From a virus (lineage: Duplodnaviria; Caudoviricetes): a stretch of 64,000 nucleotides of DNA. Location: IMG/VR virus record IMGVR_UViG_3300013121_000019, positions 68,375-132,374 of that record; one strand, given 5' to 3'. Position 1 is the first letter of the stretch. Each line of letters starts with the position of its first letter. The notes beneath the pieces were generated by a model that made no database searches, had not been told where the DNA came from, and saw nothing but the letters and a program-made list of their open reading frames with translations. This document shows positions 1 to 8,705 of the stretch, one piece after another. The position numbers were made by a program, and so were the translations under genes.

Positions 1-41
1 TCTGCTCGCTGACCATGCTGCGCATGTTACTGCAAGCACGC

Positions 42-59
42 GGTATAAGGACACTGAAG
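42..59 (+). promoter_or_regulatory. phage promoter motif GGTATAAG-N6-GAAG
   Basis: Copy of a motif recurring upstream of non-structural genes; followed by AAGGGAG RBS and ATG at 69. Confidence 0.7.
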
Positions 60-68
60 GGAGTCTAC

Positions 69-530
69 ATGACCAGTCGATCTAGCAGCATCGTGGAGTA
101 CGTGTCGTCGGAGCAGTTCATCTCCGATGGCATCCTTCGCAGGTCAGAAGCGGTGCTCGAGGTAGCGGTCGAGCAGTACAACCACGGCAACCGAGGCAGC
201 TTCGCGCTGCTGTGGCCAGGACGGGAGATCAAGTCCGACGACGGAGGATCGATCAACGACGTGCTGATCTTCCCGCGCCCCGGCGGTGTCGATCCTGTGA
301 GGTGGATCAAGGATCACCTGCGGGCTGCCATCAAGAGAACGGCAGCCTACGCATTTCTCGATGTACACCGTGGCGGAGATGGGATGACGGCCTTCTTCGA
401 GTCGCCGCACATCCGGCGCACGTGGGTCTACCGTGCGCGACGTGAGGGCGACGTGATGCTGCTCGGCAGCCCCGAAGTGGAGAACGGTTGTATGTACCAT
501 CTAATCAAGTTGCGAGGTCAGAATGGCTAG
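69..530 (+). CDS. hypothetical protein
   Basis: Within ORF 15..530; start moved to ATG 69 after AAGGGAG RBS. Confidence 0.7.
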   Translation: MTSRSSSIVEYVSSEQFISDGILRRSEAVLEVAVEQYNHGNRGSFALLWPGREIKSDDGGSINDVLIFPRPGGVDPVRWIKDHLRAAIKRTAAYAFLDVHRGGDGMTAFFESPHIRRTWVYRARREGDVMLLGSPEVENGCMYHLIKLRGQNG

Positions 531-1020
531 ACGCGGCGACGTGTTGATCCCTCTGCGTGGCTTCGACGCACTCGGCAGCGGGTGGTCCGTGGTGCACGTG
601 CAGGTCAAGACGATGCTGAACGACAAGCACATCCTCTGCGAGGCGATTCCTCGAGGGATGTACCCGCACCGTGAGCTGTGGCTGATGCACCACGAAGTGC
701 ACTACTTGGGCAACATGCTGATGCCACGCTACCCTATCTGGGAGCAGATGAAGCTGCCGACCATCGGATGGGATCCCGCACGAGCGCAGAAGCTAGAAGA
801 GTTGCCCGCCACGGTGTCCCGTCCGTACGGGGACGAGGAGGCGTTGTGCAGCTTCCTAGAGCAGTCGCCGATACCGTGGTGGGAGCCGATGCGCACGTCG
901 GACTTCGAGGCGATGCTGCGCCTCGTAGGGCTAGTGAAAACGAAGTTGACACGACCGCACCGACTACGATCTACTGACAATCGCCAAGCAGCGAGTCGGC
1001 GCGGCGACGGTGGGCAGTAG
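523..1020 (+). CDS. hypothetical protein
   Basis: 165-aa ORF with GAGG RBS, overlapping upstream stop, followed by terminator. Confidence 0.7.
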   Translation: MARRGDVLIPLRGFDALGSGWSVVHVQVKTMLNDKHILCEAIPRGMYPHRELWLMHHEVHYLGNMLMPRYPIWEQMKLPTIGWDPARAQKLEELPATVSRPYGDEEALCSFLEQSPIPWWEPMRTSDFEAMLRLVGLVKTKLTRPHRLRSTDNRQAASRRGDGGQ

Positions 1021-1028
1021 GTGGAGGG

Positions 1029-1062
1029 CAACGGCGGCAGGTAACTGCCGCCGTTGTTCTTT
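1029..1062 (+). terminator. intrinsic terminator between convergent genes
   Basis: 12-bp stem CAACGGCGGCAG / CTGCCGCCGTTG with GTAA loop, then TTCTTT. Confidence 0.8.
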
Positions 1063-1066
1063 CTAG

Positions 1067-2185
1067 CTACTGGATCGACCGCTGCACCAGCGCACCGGCC
1101 GCCCTCTCCAGATCGAGGCGTCGGTCATCGTCGTCGGTCTGTTTGGCGAACCAGCTCAGCAGGTTGCTTGCAGACCACGTCGAGTGCCCGTTGGGGATGA
1201 TCTCGGTCTGGTCATCTTGCGACGTCCAGATCTTCTCCGCCTGCTGCATCTCACTCTTCAGTAGCTGCTTGGCCAGACGCGGGCGCAGCTCCGTCCACGT
1301 GAGATTGTCCTCGCTGGCCTTCTTGACCATCTGGAGAAACGAGGTGATGCGCTTCTCCGAGAACAGGGCCCGCGTGACATCGACCAACGCAGACCTCGTG
1401 CCGGCCGTGTCGAGTGCGTAGGTCTTCTTAGAGAGCTCGATGTCATCCGGCAGCTTGGCGCCGAGATGGATCTTGCCGAGAGTCTCCTCGAGGGTCGCGA
1501 AGTTGGTGCACCAGAGCCGCTCGATGAACGGTCGAATGCCGGTCTTGCCGCGACCATACTCGGAGTCGTACAGCTCGATCCCGTAGATCAGCACCTCGTC
1601 GTCGGTGGGCCGCAGCACCTCCGGGTACGCCACCTTGATGACGTAGCGGACATCGGTGATGTTGACGGCGATCGGCTGAGCACCAAGGCGCTGTACGGCT
1701 TCCTCGATGAACGCCGTCAAGATCGCGCGGGTGTCGACCGGTCGGTACGTGTCGCTGAGGAAGCCGCGGACGCTTCCGTTGGTCACGCGCAGCAGCCGAC
1801 GCTGCTGCAGCTCGGCCATGTGCCAGTTGAGCTCACCGGCCGCGTGGTAGCCGAACGCCCCGCCCTTCTTCAGCAGGTTCTGGGCGTACTCGTTGAACCC
1901 GTTGATCCCGACGGTTGCGGCCATCTGGGCGAACGCGTTGCTGTGCACGCCATTGAGTCCGATCTTCGGAATCTCGACTTCTAGACCATCCTCTTTGCTG
2001 TACCTGAACTTGAGCTTCTCGGAGGACGTCAGGACATCGGTCGGCACCTCGTTCTGGATGCGGGTCAGGGCTGTCGAGATCAGCGACTTCCCCTTGTCGA
2101 TCTGCTGTTGGAACTTGTCCGCCGTACGCTGAACAGCATTCTTGGCGGCATCCTTGTAGTTCTGGTCGGAGTGGTGGATCAGCAT
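1067..2185 (-). CDS. DUF932-like phage/MGE protein
   Basis: VRGFLSDTYRPVD and GIELYDSEYGRG..PFIERLWCTN resemble DUF932 family motifs; start ATG 2185 after AGGAG. Confidence 0.65.
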   Translation of the reverse strand: MLIHHSDQNYKDAAKNAVQRTADKFQQQIDKGKSLISTALTRIQNEVPTDVLTSSEKLKFRYSKEDGLEVEIPKIGLNGVHSNAFAQMAATVGINGFNEYAQNLLKKGGAFGYHAAGELNWHMAELQQRRLLRVTNGSVRGFLSDTYRPVDTRAILTAFIEEAVQRLGAQPIAVNITDVRYVIKVAYPEVLRPTDDEVLIYGIELYDSEYGRGKTGIRPFIERLWCTNFATLEETLGKIHLGAKLPDDIELSKKTYALDTAGTRSALVDVTRALFSEKRITSFLQMVKKASEDNLTWTELRPRLAKQLLKSEMQQAEKIWTSQDDQTEIIPNGHSTWSASNLLSWFAKQTDDDDRRLDLERAAGALVQRSIQ

Positions 2186-2198
2186 GGTGGTGTCTCCT

Positions 2199-2236
2199 AA
2201 AAGAGAGAAGCCGGAGGCCACATGGCCCCCGGCTTC
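2199..2236 (-). terminator. hairpin with U-rich tail (terminator or processing site)
   Basis: GAAGCCGG..GGCCA-CA-TGGCC..CCGGCTTC stem followed on the minus strand by TCTCTTTT. Confidence 0.55.
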
Positions 2237-2263
2237 AGTTACGGCGAACGGCCAGCAGGACTG

Positions 2264-2881
2264 CTACTCGGCCTCGTCCTCTTCCGGCTCCTCGACCGGC
2301 GTCGGCGCCTTGCGGACACCGGACTGCAGACGACCGAGCGTCGTCTTGGCCTCCGGGACCGGCTTGGCCTCCTCGAAATCAGCGCACACAGCACGGTACG
2401 CATCGGCCATCTTGGACGACGCCTCCTCGAGCAGAGGCATCAGCACGTGGTCGATCACGCTGAGGTCGATGTCGGCGTGGCGGCTCTTCGCCTGGGTCAG
2501 CGTGTCGATGATGCCGGCCGCGCTCGTGGCGGCGTACGTGTGGAAGCTGTGGTCGAGGCTGTACCGCACGGCCGATGGGATCGCCTGCACCTGACCGCTG
2601 AACGGCAGCGGAAGCTGCTGGCTGACCTTGCTCGTCTTCTCTGCGGTCGGCTTGTCCGCGGCCGCCTTGGCGGTCGGCTTGTCCGCGGGCTTAGCCGGCT
2701 TCGGGTCCACGGCAGCGTCACCGGCCTCCTCACCGGGGCCCTCGAAGTGCTTGACGATCATCGCGTCGTACTTCGCCTTGGTCTTGTCGTCGAGACCAAG
2801 GCGACCGAGCGACTTGCGCGCGCCGCCGACGCCGTTGAACCCGTTGCCCTTGAGCTTCTTCTCGAACTCTTTCGCGTCCAT
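2264..2881 (-). CDS. hypothetical protein with Lys/Ala/Pro linker
   Basis: 205-aa ORF in operon orientation with GAGG upstream. Confidence 0.7.
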   Translation of the reverse strand: MDAKEFEKKLKGNGFNGVGGARKSLGRLGLDDKTKAKYDAMIVKHFEGPGEEAGDAAVDPKPAKPADKPTAKAAADKPTAEKTSKVSQQLPLPFSGQVQAIPSAVRYSLDHSFHTYAATSAAGIIDTLTQAKSRHADIDLSVIDHVLMPLLEEASSKMADAYRAVCADFEEAKPVPEAKTTLGRLQSGVRKAPTPVEEPEEDEAE

Positions 2882-2896
2882 TCTTTTTCTTCCTCT

Positions 2897-3862
2897 CTAG
2901 GCGATGCCTAGCTCCTTCACGAGCTTCTTCTCGGAGATCTCTCCGACGATGTACTTGAGAACCAGGTAGGTGGTCTGAACCCTGATGTTCTTGCGGGTGC
3001 GGGCGTCGAACCCCTCACCCTCGGGATCGAACAGCTTGTAGAGCCGCTTGACGTCTCGGATGCCGGGACGCACCACCTTGCCGGTTGCGCGGGCAGCCTC
3101 CTTCTTGGTGGTCTTCTTGGGCTTCGGCCCCTTCGACTTGGCCTCCGCTTCGGCCTCCTGACGTGTGATGCCGGGGCTGACGGCCTCGAGCTCCGCCATC
3201 GACTTGACCTCGGCGATGACGGGCTCGCTCAGCATCTTCTCCAGCGCCGGGAGCTGCTTGGACGGTGCCTCGTGGCAGATCCCCCACGCGATGCTGAACG
3301 ACACTCGGTTCAGCTCGACGGCGGCACGAAGCTCCGGAACGGCAATTCGGCCAACCATCGCGTGTTGGTTGACCCAGTCGACGGGCTTGCCGGTCTTCTC
3401 GGCGATCTGCTGCGCGGTGAACCCCTTGTCCTGTAGGCGCACGATCGTGTCACACACGTCGAGCACCGGCAGCTGATGACGCAGGTCCAGGTTGCCGACG
3501 AAGTTGTCGAACTGCAGCGACGGCACGTCCTTGAGGTCGCGCACCACGCAGTTGAGCATGAACGAGGGGCTGATCGACATCGCGGCCGCGCGACGACGGA
3601 ATCCCTCGATGATGTAGTAGCGGGTCCAGCGAGCTTCGCCGTTCAGGCCCTTGAGGGGCTGCGCCCCGCCGGGCAGCTTCTTCGAGACCACGATCAGCGG
3701 CTCGACCTGACCGGACTTGAGCGACTTGGCCAGCTCTTCGATGCCCTTGAGCTGGCTTCGGCTGTTCTTGAACTCGTCGGACGGTAGGTCCTCGAGCCAG
3801 CCGGCCGGCAGCTGCTGCACGGTGGCACGAGAAACCTTGACGGTATCGATGTTGGTGGACAT
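2897..3862 (-). CDS. ParB/Srx-family protein with HTH
   Basis: GIEELAKSL..QVEPLIV..YIIEGFRRRAAA ParB N-terminal motif; FTAQQIAEKTGKPVDWV HTH; AAGGAG RBS. Confidence 0.8.
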   Translation of the reverse strand: MSTNIDTVKVSRATVQQLPAGWLEDLPSDEFKNSRSQLKGIEELAKSLKSGQVEPLIVVSKKLPGGAQPLKGLNGEARWTRYYIIEGFRRRAAAMSISPSFMLNCVVRDLKDVPSLQFDNFVGNLDLRHQLPVLDVCDTIVRLQDKGFTAQQIAEKTGKPVDWVNQHAMVGRIAVPELRAAVELNRVSFSIAWGICHEAPSKQLPALEKMLSEPVIAEVKSMAELEAVSPGITRQEAEAEAKSKGPKPKKTTKKEAARATGKVVRPGIRDVKRLYKLFDPEGEGFDARTRKNIRVQTTYLVLKYIVGEISEKKLVKELGIA

Positions 3863-3956
3863 GGGGTGGTTCTCCTTGATCCGGTGGAGGATCTAGTTGT
3901 TCATGCCGCAAATCTTCTAAAGATGGAAGAGAAGATCGACAGCATGACGATGTTTG

Positions 3957-4496
3957 TCAGGTCGGCATGCCGGTCTCGGGGTACTTGACCCAGTCGCGCT
4001 TACCGACCTCGTTCCAGGTGTCCTGCGCGATCTCCTGTAGCGACCAGCCACGAGACGCACAGAAGTCTGCCAGTGCCTCGAACATGTGGACCAAGTGGCA
4101 GCGAACTGTTATGGGGTCGGCACCGTTTGCTACAGCGTCTAGCGCCGTCGCGGCGAATAGCGCGATCTTTGACAACGGTGTTGTGTATACACTTTGGCGC
4201 GAACTCTGTAGATCGTAGAAGGAGCTACAACGAAGCGCGAAACCTAGCTCGATGTCCAGTAGCGAGGCGGTACCGAGCCCGTAGATCACGAGGTCACCGA
4301 TGGCGTCCTTGGCCTTCGCATCGTGCTGTTCCGGTGTGCCTCGGATGCCCTGTTCCTTCTTGAGCATGGCATGGCACAGCTCACCGGATTCCTCCACGAG
4401 CCCCATCAGATGATGCCGCAAGCCGTTGGGCTTGTTGCCGAAGTTGTACGTGCACCAGCTGTTGTGCTGGCTCTGCAAATCGGTAATGCTGATCAT
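3957..4496 (-). CDS. MazG-like (all-alpha) NTP pyrophosphohydrolase
   Basis: LMGLVEESGEL..KDAIGDLVIY ExxE..D motif; adjacent to dCMP deaminase. Confidence 0.75.
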   Translation of the reverse strand: MISITDLQSQHNSWCTYNFGNKPNGLRHHLMGLVEESGELCHAMLKKEQGIRGTPEQHDAKAKDAIGDLVIYGLGTASLLDIELGFALRCSSFYDLQSSRQSVYTTPLSKIALFAATALDAVANGADPITVRCHLVHMFEALADFCASRGWSLQEIAQDTWNEVGKRDWVKYPETGMPT

Positions 4497-4498
4497 CG

Positions 4499-5056
4499 CT
4501 ACCTCAGTTCGCTGGGGCCAACACCATGCCCGGCCGGCGCCGGATCATCGTGCAGCACTTGAGTTTGGTCAATTGCACGAGAGCCGAGGATGCGATCTGC
4601 GTCCTCCTCGGTGTAGACGATCACGGGACCAGAAGATGTTTGCGCGATCAGCTGAACGCGCGCATCGTGGGCCGCCTGGATGATGCGAGTGTCGCGGTAG
4701 AACTCCTCGAACACAACCGTCGTGATGCCGGCGTTGACGATGAGTTTGAAGCACGGCCAACACGGGCTGGCTGTACAGTAGATCGTACTGTTCCGCGTTG
4801 CATGGCCATTGCGGGCAGCTTGCGCGATCGCGTTGACCTCCGCATGGACGGTGCGGACGCAGTGTCCGTTCTCCATCATGCAGCCAACCCCTTGGTCGTC
4901 ACAGTGCGCTGTTCCGGGAAGGCTACCGTTGTAACCGGTCGAAATGATGGTTCTGTCGATGACGATCACGGCTCCGACCTTCTTGCGAAGGCAGGTAGCG
5001 CGTGTCGACACCGTGGAAGCCATCGACAAGAAGTAATCGTGCCAGCTAGCTCTCAT
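4499..5056 (-). CDS. dCMP deaminase (ComEB/DCTD family)
   Basis: WHDYFL..RATC..VGAVIV..STGYNG, HAEVNAI and PCWPC zinc motifs. Confidence 0.92.
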   Translation of the reverse strand: MRASWHDYFLSMASTVSTRATCLRKKVGAVIVIDRTIISTGYNGSLPGTAHCDDQGVGCMMENGHCVRTVHAEVNAIAQAARNGHATRNSTIYCTASPCWPCFKLIVNAGITTVVFEEFYRDTRIIQAAHDARVQLIAQTSSGPVIVYTEEDADRILGSRAIDQTQVLHDDPAPAGHGVGPSELR

Positions 5057-6105
5057 GCTGCTCCTGGACGTGTCAACGCCTGCAGGCGCTGAACGGTGTG
5101 ATGGTCGAACAGGCCGTTGATGGTCATGCGCTGCTGAGACTGGAACGTCATGATCGCGTCGGTGGTCTTACGGCCAACAACGCCGTCTGCACCCGCTGGC
5201 CCGAGGTCGAAGCCCAGCACCAACAGCATCTCCTGAAGCCGCACGATGGATGGCGTGTGCGCGGGGACGCGTAGCTCTGCGGCGAAGTCAGGAAGGTCCA
5301 CGCCGTAGCAGCGTTCCAACACCGGACGGATCTTGTTGTAGCGATCCGGGTAGATGGCGATTCCCGAATGGAATGTGAGCCTACGTAGCACGTCCACAAG
5401 GAAGCCGGGCTCAGTGGGCTGATAGCCGGTGGCCATCAGCGAGCGTTGCGCGATCGTCGGATTGTTGGCTGCGAAGCTGACGTAGGCGGCACGTGCCGCC
5501 TGCAGCTCCGGCGTCTCGCTGAGCTCATCGCTGAACAGCATCTTCTTGGCTGCTGGCATCACGAAGCCCATCAGATGATCGACGGTGAACAGCTTCTGCG
5601 CCGCAAGTGCCCGCGGATGTTGCAGATCGGTAGCGATGGCGGCGGCCCACTGTCTGGCGGTCTGCCGCTGCACGCTGTCCCAGGCGTCCGTGCGACCGGA
5701 AGAGCCCCCAAGGAATAGCTGCTGCTGCTCCTTGATGGTATCGACGACGAGTTCACCCAGACGAAATCTCCACTTGTCGCTGTCGACCAGCTCGAAGGTG
5801 CACCCATTGCGCCGGCACTCCGCCTTGAACCTGTCCATGGGTGCCCCGGCTTTGCGACACGCTCCGAGCAGCTGGCTGGCCATGAACTGCCCTGCCTCGG
5901 CGAACTGGATCAGTCCGATCGACAGGATCATGCGATCGTACATGTTGATCGCGTCGTACCGTCCGCCCTCGGTTGCCGTGACGACCGCCAGGATCTTCTC
6001 ATCCTCGGTCGGATCATCCGGTAGCTCGAACGAAATGGTGCCGGAGTACCACGGCCCGGAGAACTCACGGTAGCTACCCCACCTGATGTTGACTGAGTCG
6101 GTCAT
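5053..6105 (-). CDS. lysozyme-like peptidoglycan hydrolase with C-terminal PG-binding domain
   Basis: TEGGRYDAINMYD..SIGLIQF lysozyme-like segment; LQEML..GADGVVGRKTTDAIMTFQ PG_binding_1 signature; ATGA overlap gives start 6105. Confidence 0.7.
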   Translation of the reverse strand: MTDSVNIRWGSYREFSGPWYSGTISFELPDDPTEDEKILAVVTATEGGRYDAINMYDRMILSIGLIQFAEAGQFMASQLLGACRKAGAPMDRFKAECRRNGCTFELVDSDKWRFRLGELVVDTIKEQQQLFLGGSSGRTDAWDSVQRQTARQWAAAIATDLQHPRALAAQKLFTVDHLMGFVMPAAKKMLFSDELSETPELQAARAAYVSFAANNPTIAQRSLMATGYQPTEPGFLVDVLRRLTFHSGIAIYPDRYNKIRPVLERCYGVDLPDFAAELRVPAHTPSIVRLQEMLLVLGFDLGPAGADGVVGRKTTDAIMTFQSQQRMTINGLFDHHTVQRLQALTRPGAA

Positions 6106-6602
6106 CGGTTGCCTGCCCTCTGTGAACGCGCTCGAAGCCGTTCGATGTCCTCTTTCGATAGTTCCTTGTACCGGTTCCACGATGAAGTCGACGCCGGATC
6201 CGTGATGCTCTTGTTTGCGAGCAGCGTCTTACGAAGCTCGCGGTACCAAGCCTCCCCGACGTTGCTCGGTACCTCCCTGGTCTCCATCGCCCAACGGGCC
6301 ATCGGACCATCAGGCCACAAGCCGATCGTGACCGCATTGAAGTAGAGCTCAGCCTGCTCGCCAACGTTGTGGCAGAAGTTGACCTCACGGCGACTGAGGG
6401 TCGCACAGCCTACCACTGCGTTGTCGATGACGAACCACAGCTTGTCGCCGGGCTTGGCTCCCTCGTACTCATCTTCGCTGGCTGGTACGAACAGATCCGT
6501 TTCCGTCGTCTCTACACCTAGCTTGTAGCAGTACAGCCAACGACCCGCCGGACCGTCCGGCGAACGCCCGTCACTGCGAAGTGAGTACGCCCAGTGCTTC
6601 AT
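6102..6602 (-). CDS. hypothetical protein
   Basis: ATGA-coupled start 6602 with GGAGG RBS. Confidence 0.7.
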   Translation of the reverse strand: MKHWAYSLRSDGRSPDGPAGRWLYCYKLGVETTETDLFVPASEDEYEGAKPGDKLWFVIDNAVVGCATLSRREVNFCHNVGEQAELYFNAVTIGLWPDGPMARWAMETREVPSNVGEAWYRELRKTLLANKSITDPASTSSWNRYKELSKEDIERLRARSQRAGNR

Positions 6603-7120
6603 GCGTCCTCCGTAGGGCCCGCTTGGCAACAGCCCTGACTTTGCGTTGTCGTCGATTCTTCGTCTTTGACCACGCGTGCCTCTGAGACCTGGACATCAGC
6701 ATGGTGTCCTTCCAGTGCTGGCAGCGCATGCCGTGCCTGGTCTTTTCTGAACGACTCATCGGGGCTCTCGAGTGCAAGGGTTGTAGCTCTGTCGAGCAAC
6801 CGCTTCAGTAGCGGTTGCAGTTCATTCTGGCTCCGCGCCGACATGACTTCGTTGATCTCGTCGACGGGCCATCTCTCTGGAAACGTGACCTGCACCAGGT
6901 GCATGGTTGGTGCGCCTTGTGCACGCCACTGTGCACGGCGTTCCCTCATCGTCTCGTCTACGACTTCTTTGACACCGTGCGCAACCATGCTGAAGGTGCC
7001 GCTGTCAAAGACAATAGAGACCTGGGTGCCCGTGCCCAGTACGTGGGCATGGGCGCCTGTGAGGCCCCAGAGCACGTAAAGTCCTCCTTGTTGCAGCTCG
7101 TACTTGCAGCTGACGATCAT
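6599..7120 (-). CDS. hypothetical protein
   Basis: ATGA-coupled start at 7120. Confidence 0.6.
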   Translation of the reverse strand: MIVSCKYELQQGGLYVLWGLTGAHAHVLGTGTQVSIVFDSGTFSMVAHGVKEVVDETMRERRAQWRAQGAPTMHLVQVTFPERWPVDEINEVMSARSQNELQPLLKRLLDRATTLALESPDESFRKDQARHALPALEGHHADVQVSEARVVKDEESTTTQSQGCCQAGPTEDA

Positions 7121-7287
7121 GGTACCCGCACATGCCCGTTGCATCGACGAAGATGCCGCTCCGTTCGCCATACGCGAAAACGAAGCACCGTGCGTCGAAG
7201 CGCGTGCAGTACCGCCACCAGCGCATCGTACCCGTGCGCGACGACAACCTGCATGGCCTGTAGCTCATCTGCGCAGAAGTGGATCAT
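7117..7287 (-). CDS. small hypothetical protein (56 aa)
   Basis: ATGA overlaps at both ends; GGAG upstream. Confidence 0.5.
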   Translation of the reverse strand: MIHFCADELQAMQVVVAHGYDALVAVLHALRRTVLRFRVWRTERHLRRCNGHVRVP

Positions 7288-7745
7288 CGAAAGAACTCCA
7301 TGTAGAGGTTGACAGGATGAACCTGCAGCCCGAGAAGGTTTCCCTGGTAGTACGAGAACGTCACAGTGGCGGGCGTGCCTGGAGCCATGCCGAAGCCGTT
7401 GCACCAGGCCCTGTACGGGTCGTGGTTCAGCTCGGGATCGAACTTCGGCCTCCACATGACGGTGAACTCACACGTCAAGACATCCTTACCACGAGTCAGG
7501 TGCAGTACGAAGGCTTGACGATGCGAGTGGCGCTGCACGGACAGTTTTGTGTCCGAAGCCCCTGACCAGTTACCAAGCAGCGTCTCGGTCGATGTTGTTG
7601 CCGGTACCGCGGAGCTGCCGATCATCGGCACACGGCAGGTCGGCGCAGGCGGTGCCGACGTCACTGAGCTAGGTCGCCGCAACTGGTAGAAGACGGCGCA
7701 ACCCGCAATGAACGCAGAGATCCAGATACTACTGCGTACTTTCAC
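7284..7745 (-). CDS. secreted or membrane-anchored hypothetical protein
   Basis: GTG start after AGGAGG; N-terminal hydrophobic segment followed by Pro/Ser/Thr linker. Confidence 0.7.
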   Translation of the reverse strand: MKVRSSIWISAFIAGCAVFYQLRRPSSVTSAPPAPTCRVPMIGSSAVPATTSTETLLGNWSGASDTKLSVQRHSHRQAFVLHLTRGKDVLTCEFTVMWRPKFDPELNHDPYRAWCNGFGMAPGTPATVTFSYYQGNLLGLQVHPVNLYMEFFR

Positions 7746-7778
7746 GTTCCCTCCTATGCTGAGAGTTCAGCTGGTTGT

Positions 7779-7796
7779 CTTCGGACTGCTTATACC
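7779..7796 (-). promoter_or_regulatory. phage promoter motif GGTATAAG-N6-GAAG
   Basis: Exact motif copy upstream of ORF 7745. Confidence 0.7.
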
Positions 7797-7809
7797 GTGA
7801 TTAGTAGCT

Positions 7810-8227
7810 AAATGGCATCCGCCCCCTTTCGGGGGCGGGTACCTATCACGTTGAACGTGCAGATAAGCGTAAGCTACCAGTGAAGGTTGGAAGCAGGACC
7901 TCGAGACCTGTGACCAAGTAAACTGCCCTCGGCCGGGTGGAGACTGCGGTGTGGAGCACACTGCTCCGCATCGTAGTGGGCATCCGGTAACCCTTCGCGT
8001 AACGACTCCTGGGATGGGAGTCGTAACTGTTGCGTACGTTCGGCGGGCACTTAACCGACGCGATCAACAGCTTAGTTGAAGCAACGAACCACAGACAGAA
8101 ACCGAAACTACCTCCTTTGCTGGCGCATCGACGTCATTGTCATGCGCACGCTACACGCCCTACCGCAGGTTCCCTTGCGCTACTGTGGGCGGAGTAGAAG
8201 ACGAGGATGGTCGGCAACACCCTCTTC
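7810..8227 (-). ncRNA. candidate large structured non-coding RNA (~420 nt)
   Basis: No convincing CDS; begins at the promoter motif; near-continuous stems; ends in CCGCCCCC-GAAA-GGGGGCGG hairpin. Confidence 0.6.
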
Positions 8228-8241
8228 TTGATTCTTATACC
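8224..8241 (-). promoter_or_regulatory. phage promoter motif GGTATAAG-N6-GAAG
   Basis: Exact motif copy upstream of the structured non-coding region. Confidence 0.7.
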
Positions 8242-8252
8242 TTGATTGTCCG

Positions 8253-8705
8253 CTACTTGGACAATTCAAGGTTCGTCATGTACTCGGCGATCGGGACCTT
8301 CTGATCTGGCACCGTGATGATGGCCTCTTGACTGAAGTAGTCGAACTCGTACGAGGCATCGTCACCAGCCTTCTCCACTTCTCTGCGGATCCGCCTCGAG
8401 CCGGCGTCGGTTACGTTGATCGTGAGACCGTGGCCAACGCGCACAGCTACACGAAACCGCTTCACCTCGCGGCGTGTAACGACAACGATCTCCTCAGGAT
8501 TAGTGATGGTCCGATGGGGCTTGTCGGCGGCACGCCACGTCGGCTTGGTCGCGGGCTCTCCATCCTCGCGTTTGGCTGGTGTGGACCACGAGAGCTCTGG
8601 ATGTGACAGATCGATGGACTTCCAGACCGCTACGCCGCCACGGTAGCCGAGCCAGTCCCACATACGCTCTGCATCTTCTGGACGGCACTCGTGTAGCTCA
8701 ACCAC
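8253..8705 (-). CDS. hypothetical protein
   Basis: 150-aa ORF coupled to upstream gene. Confidence 0.7.
   Translation of the reverse strand: MVELHECRPEDAERMWDWLGYRGGVAVWKSIDLSHPELSWSTPAKREDGEPATKPTWRAADKPHRTITNPEEIVVVTRREVKRFRVAVRVGHGLTINVTDAGSRRIRREVEKAGDDASYEFDYFSQEAIITVPDQKVPIAEYMTNLELSK

Noticed and set aside
3899-3907. GGCATGAAC upstream of the ParB-like gene as another promoter copy
   Set aside because: Correct position and orientation but deviates from the core; too weak to call
7767-8067. Small ORFs 7767..7961 and 7846..8067
   Set aside because: No properly spaced RBS, atypical composition, and they overlap the stem-rich region and a promoter motif
8110-8118. ACCTCCTTT as a 16S rRNA 3' fragment
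   Set aside because: Only 9 nt match and no flanking rRNA helix sequence
7810-8227. tmRNA, RNase P, tRNA or group I/II intron identity for the structured region
   Set aside because: No tRNA-like acceptor/T-arm ends, no RNase P P4 consensus, no group II domain V; not inside a gene
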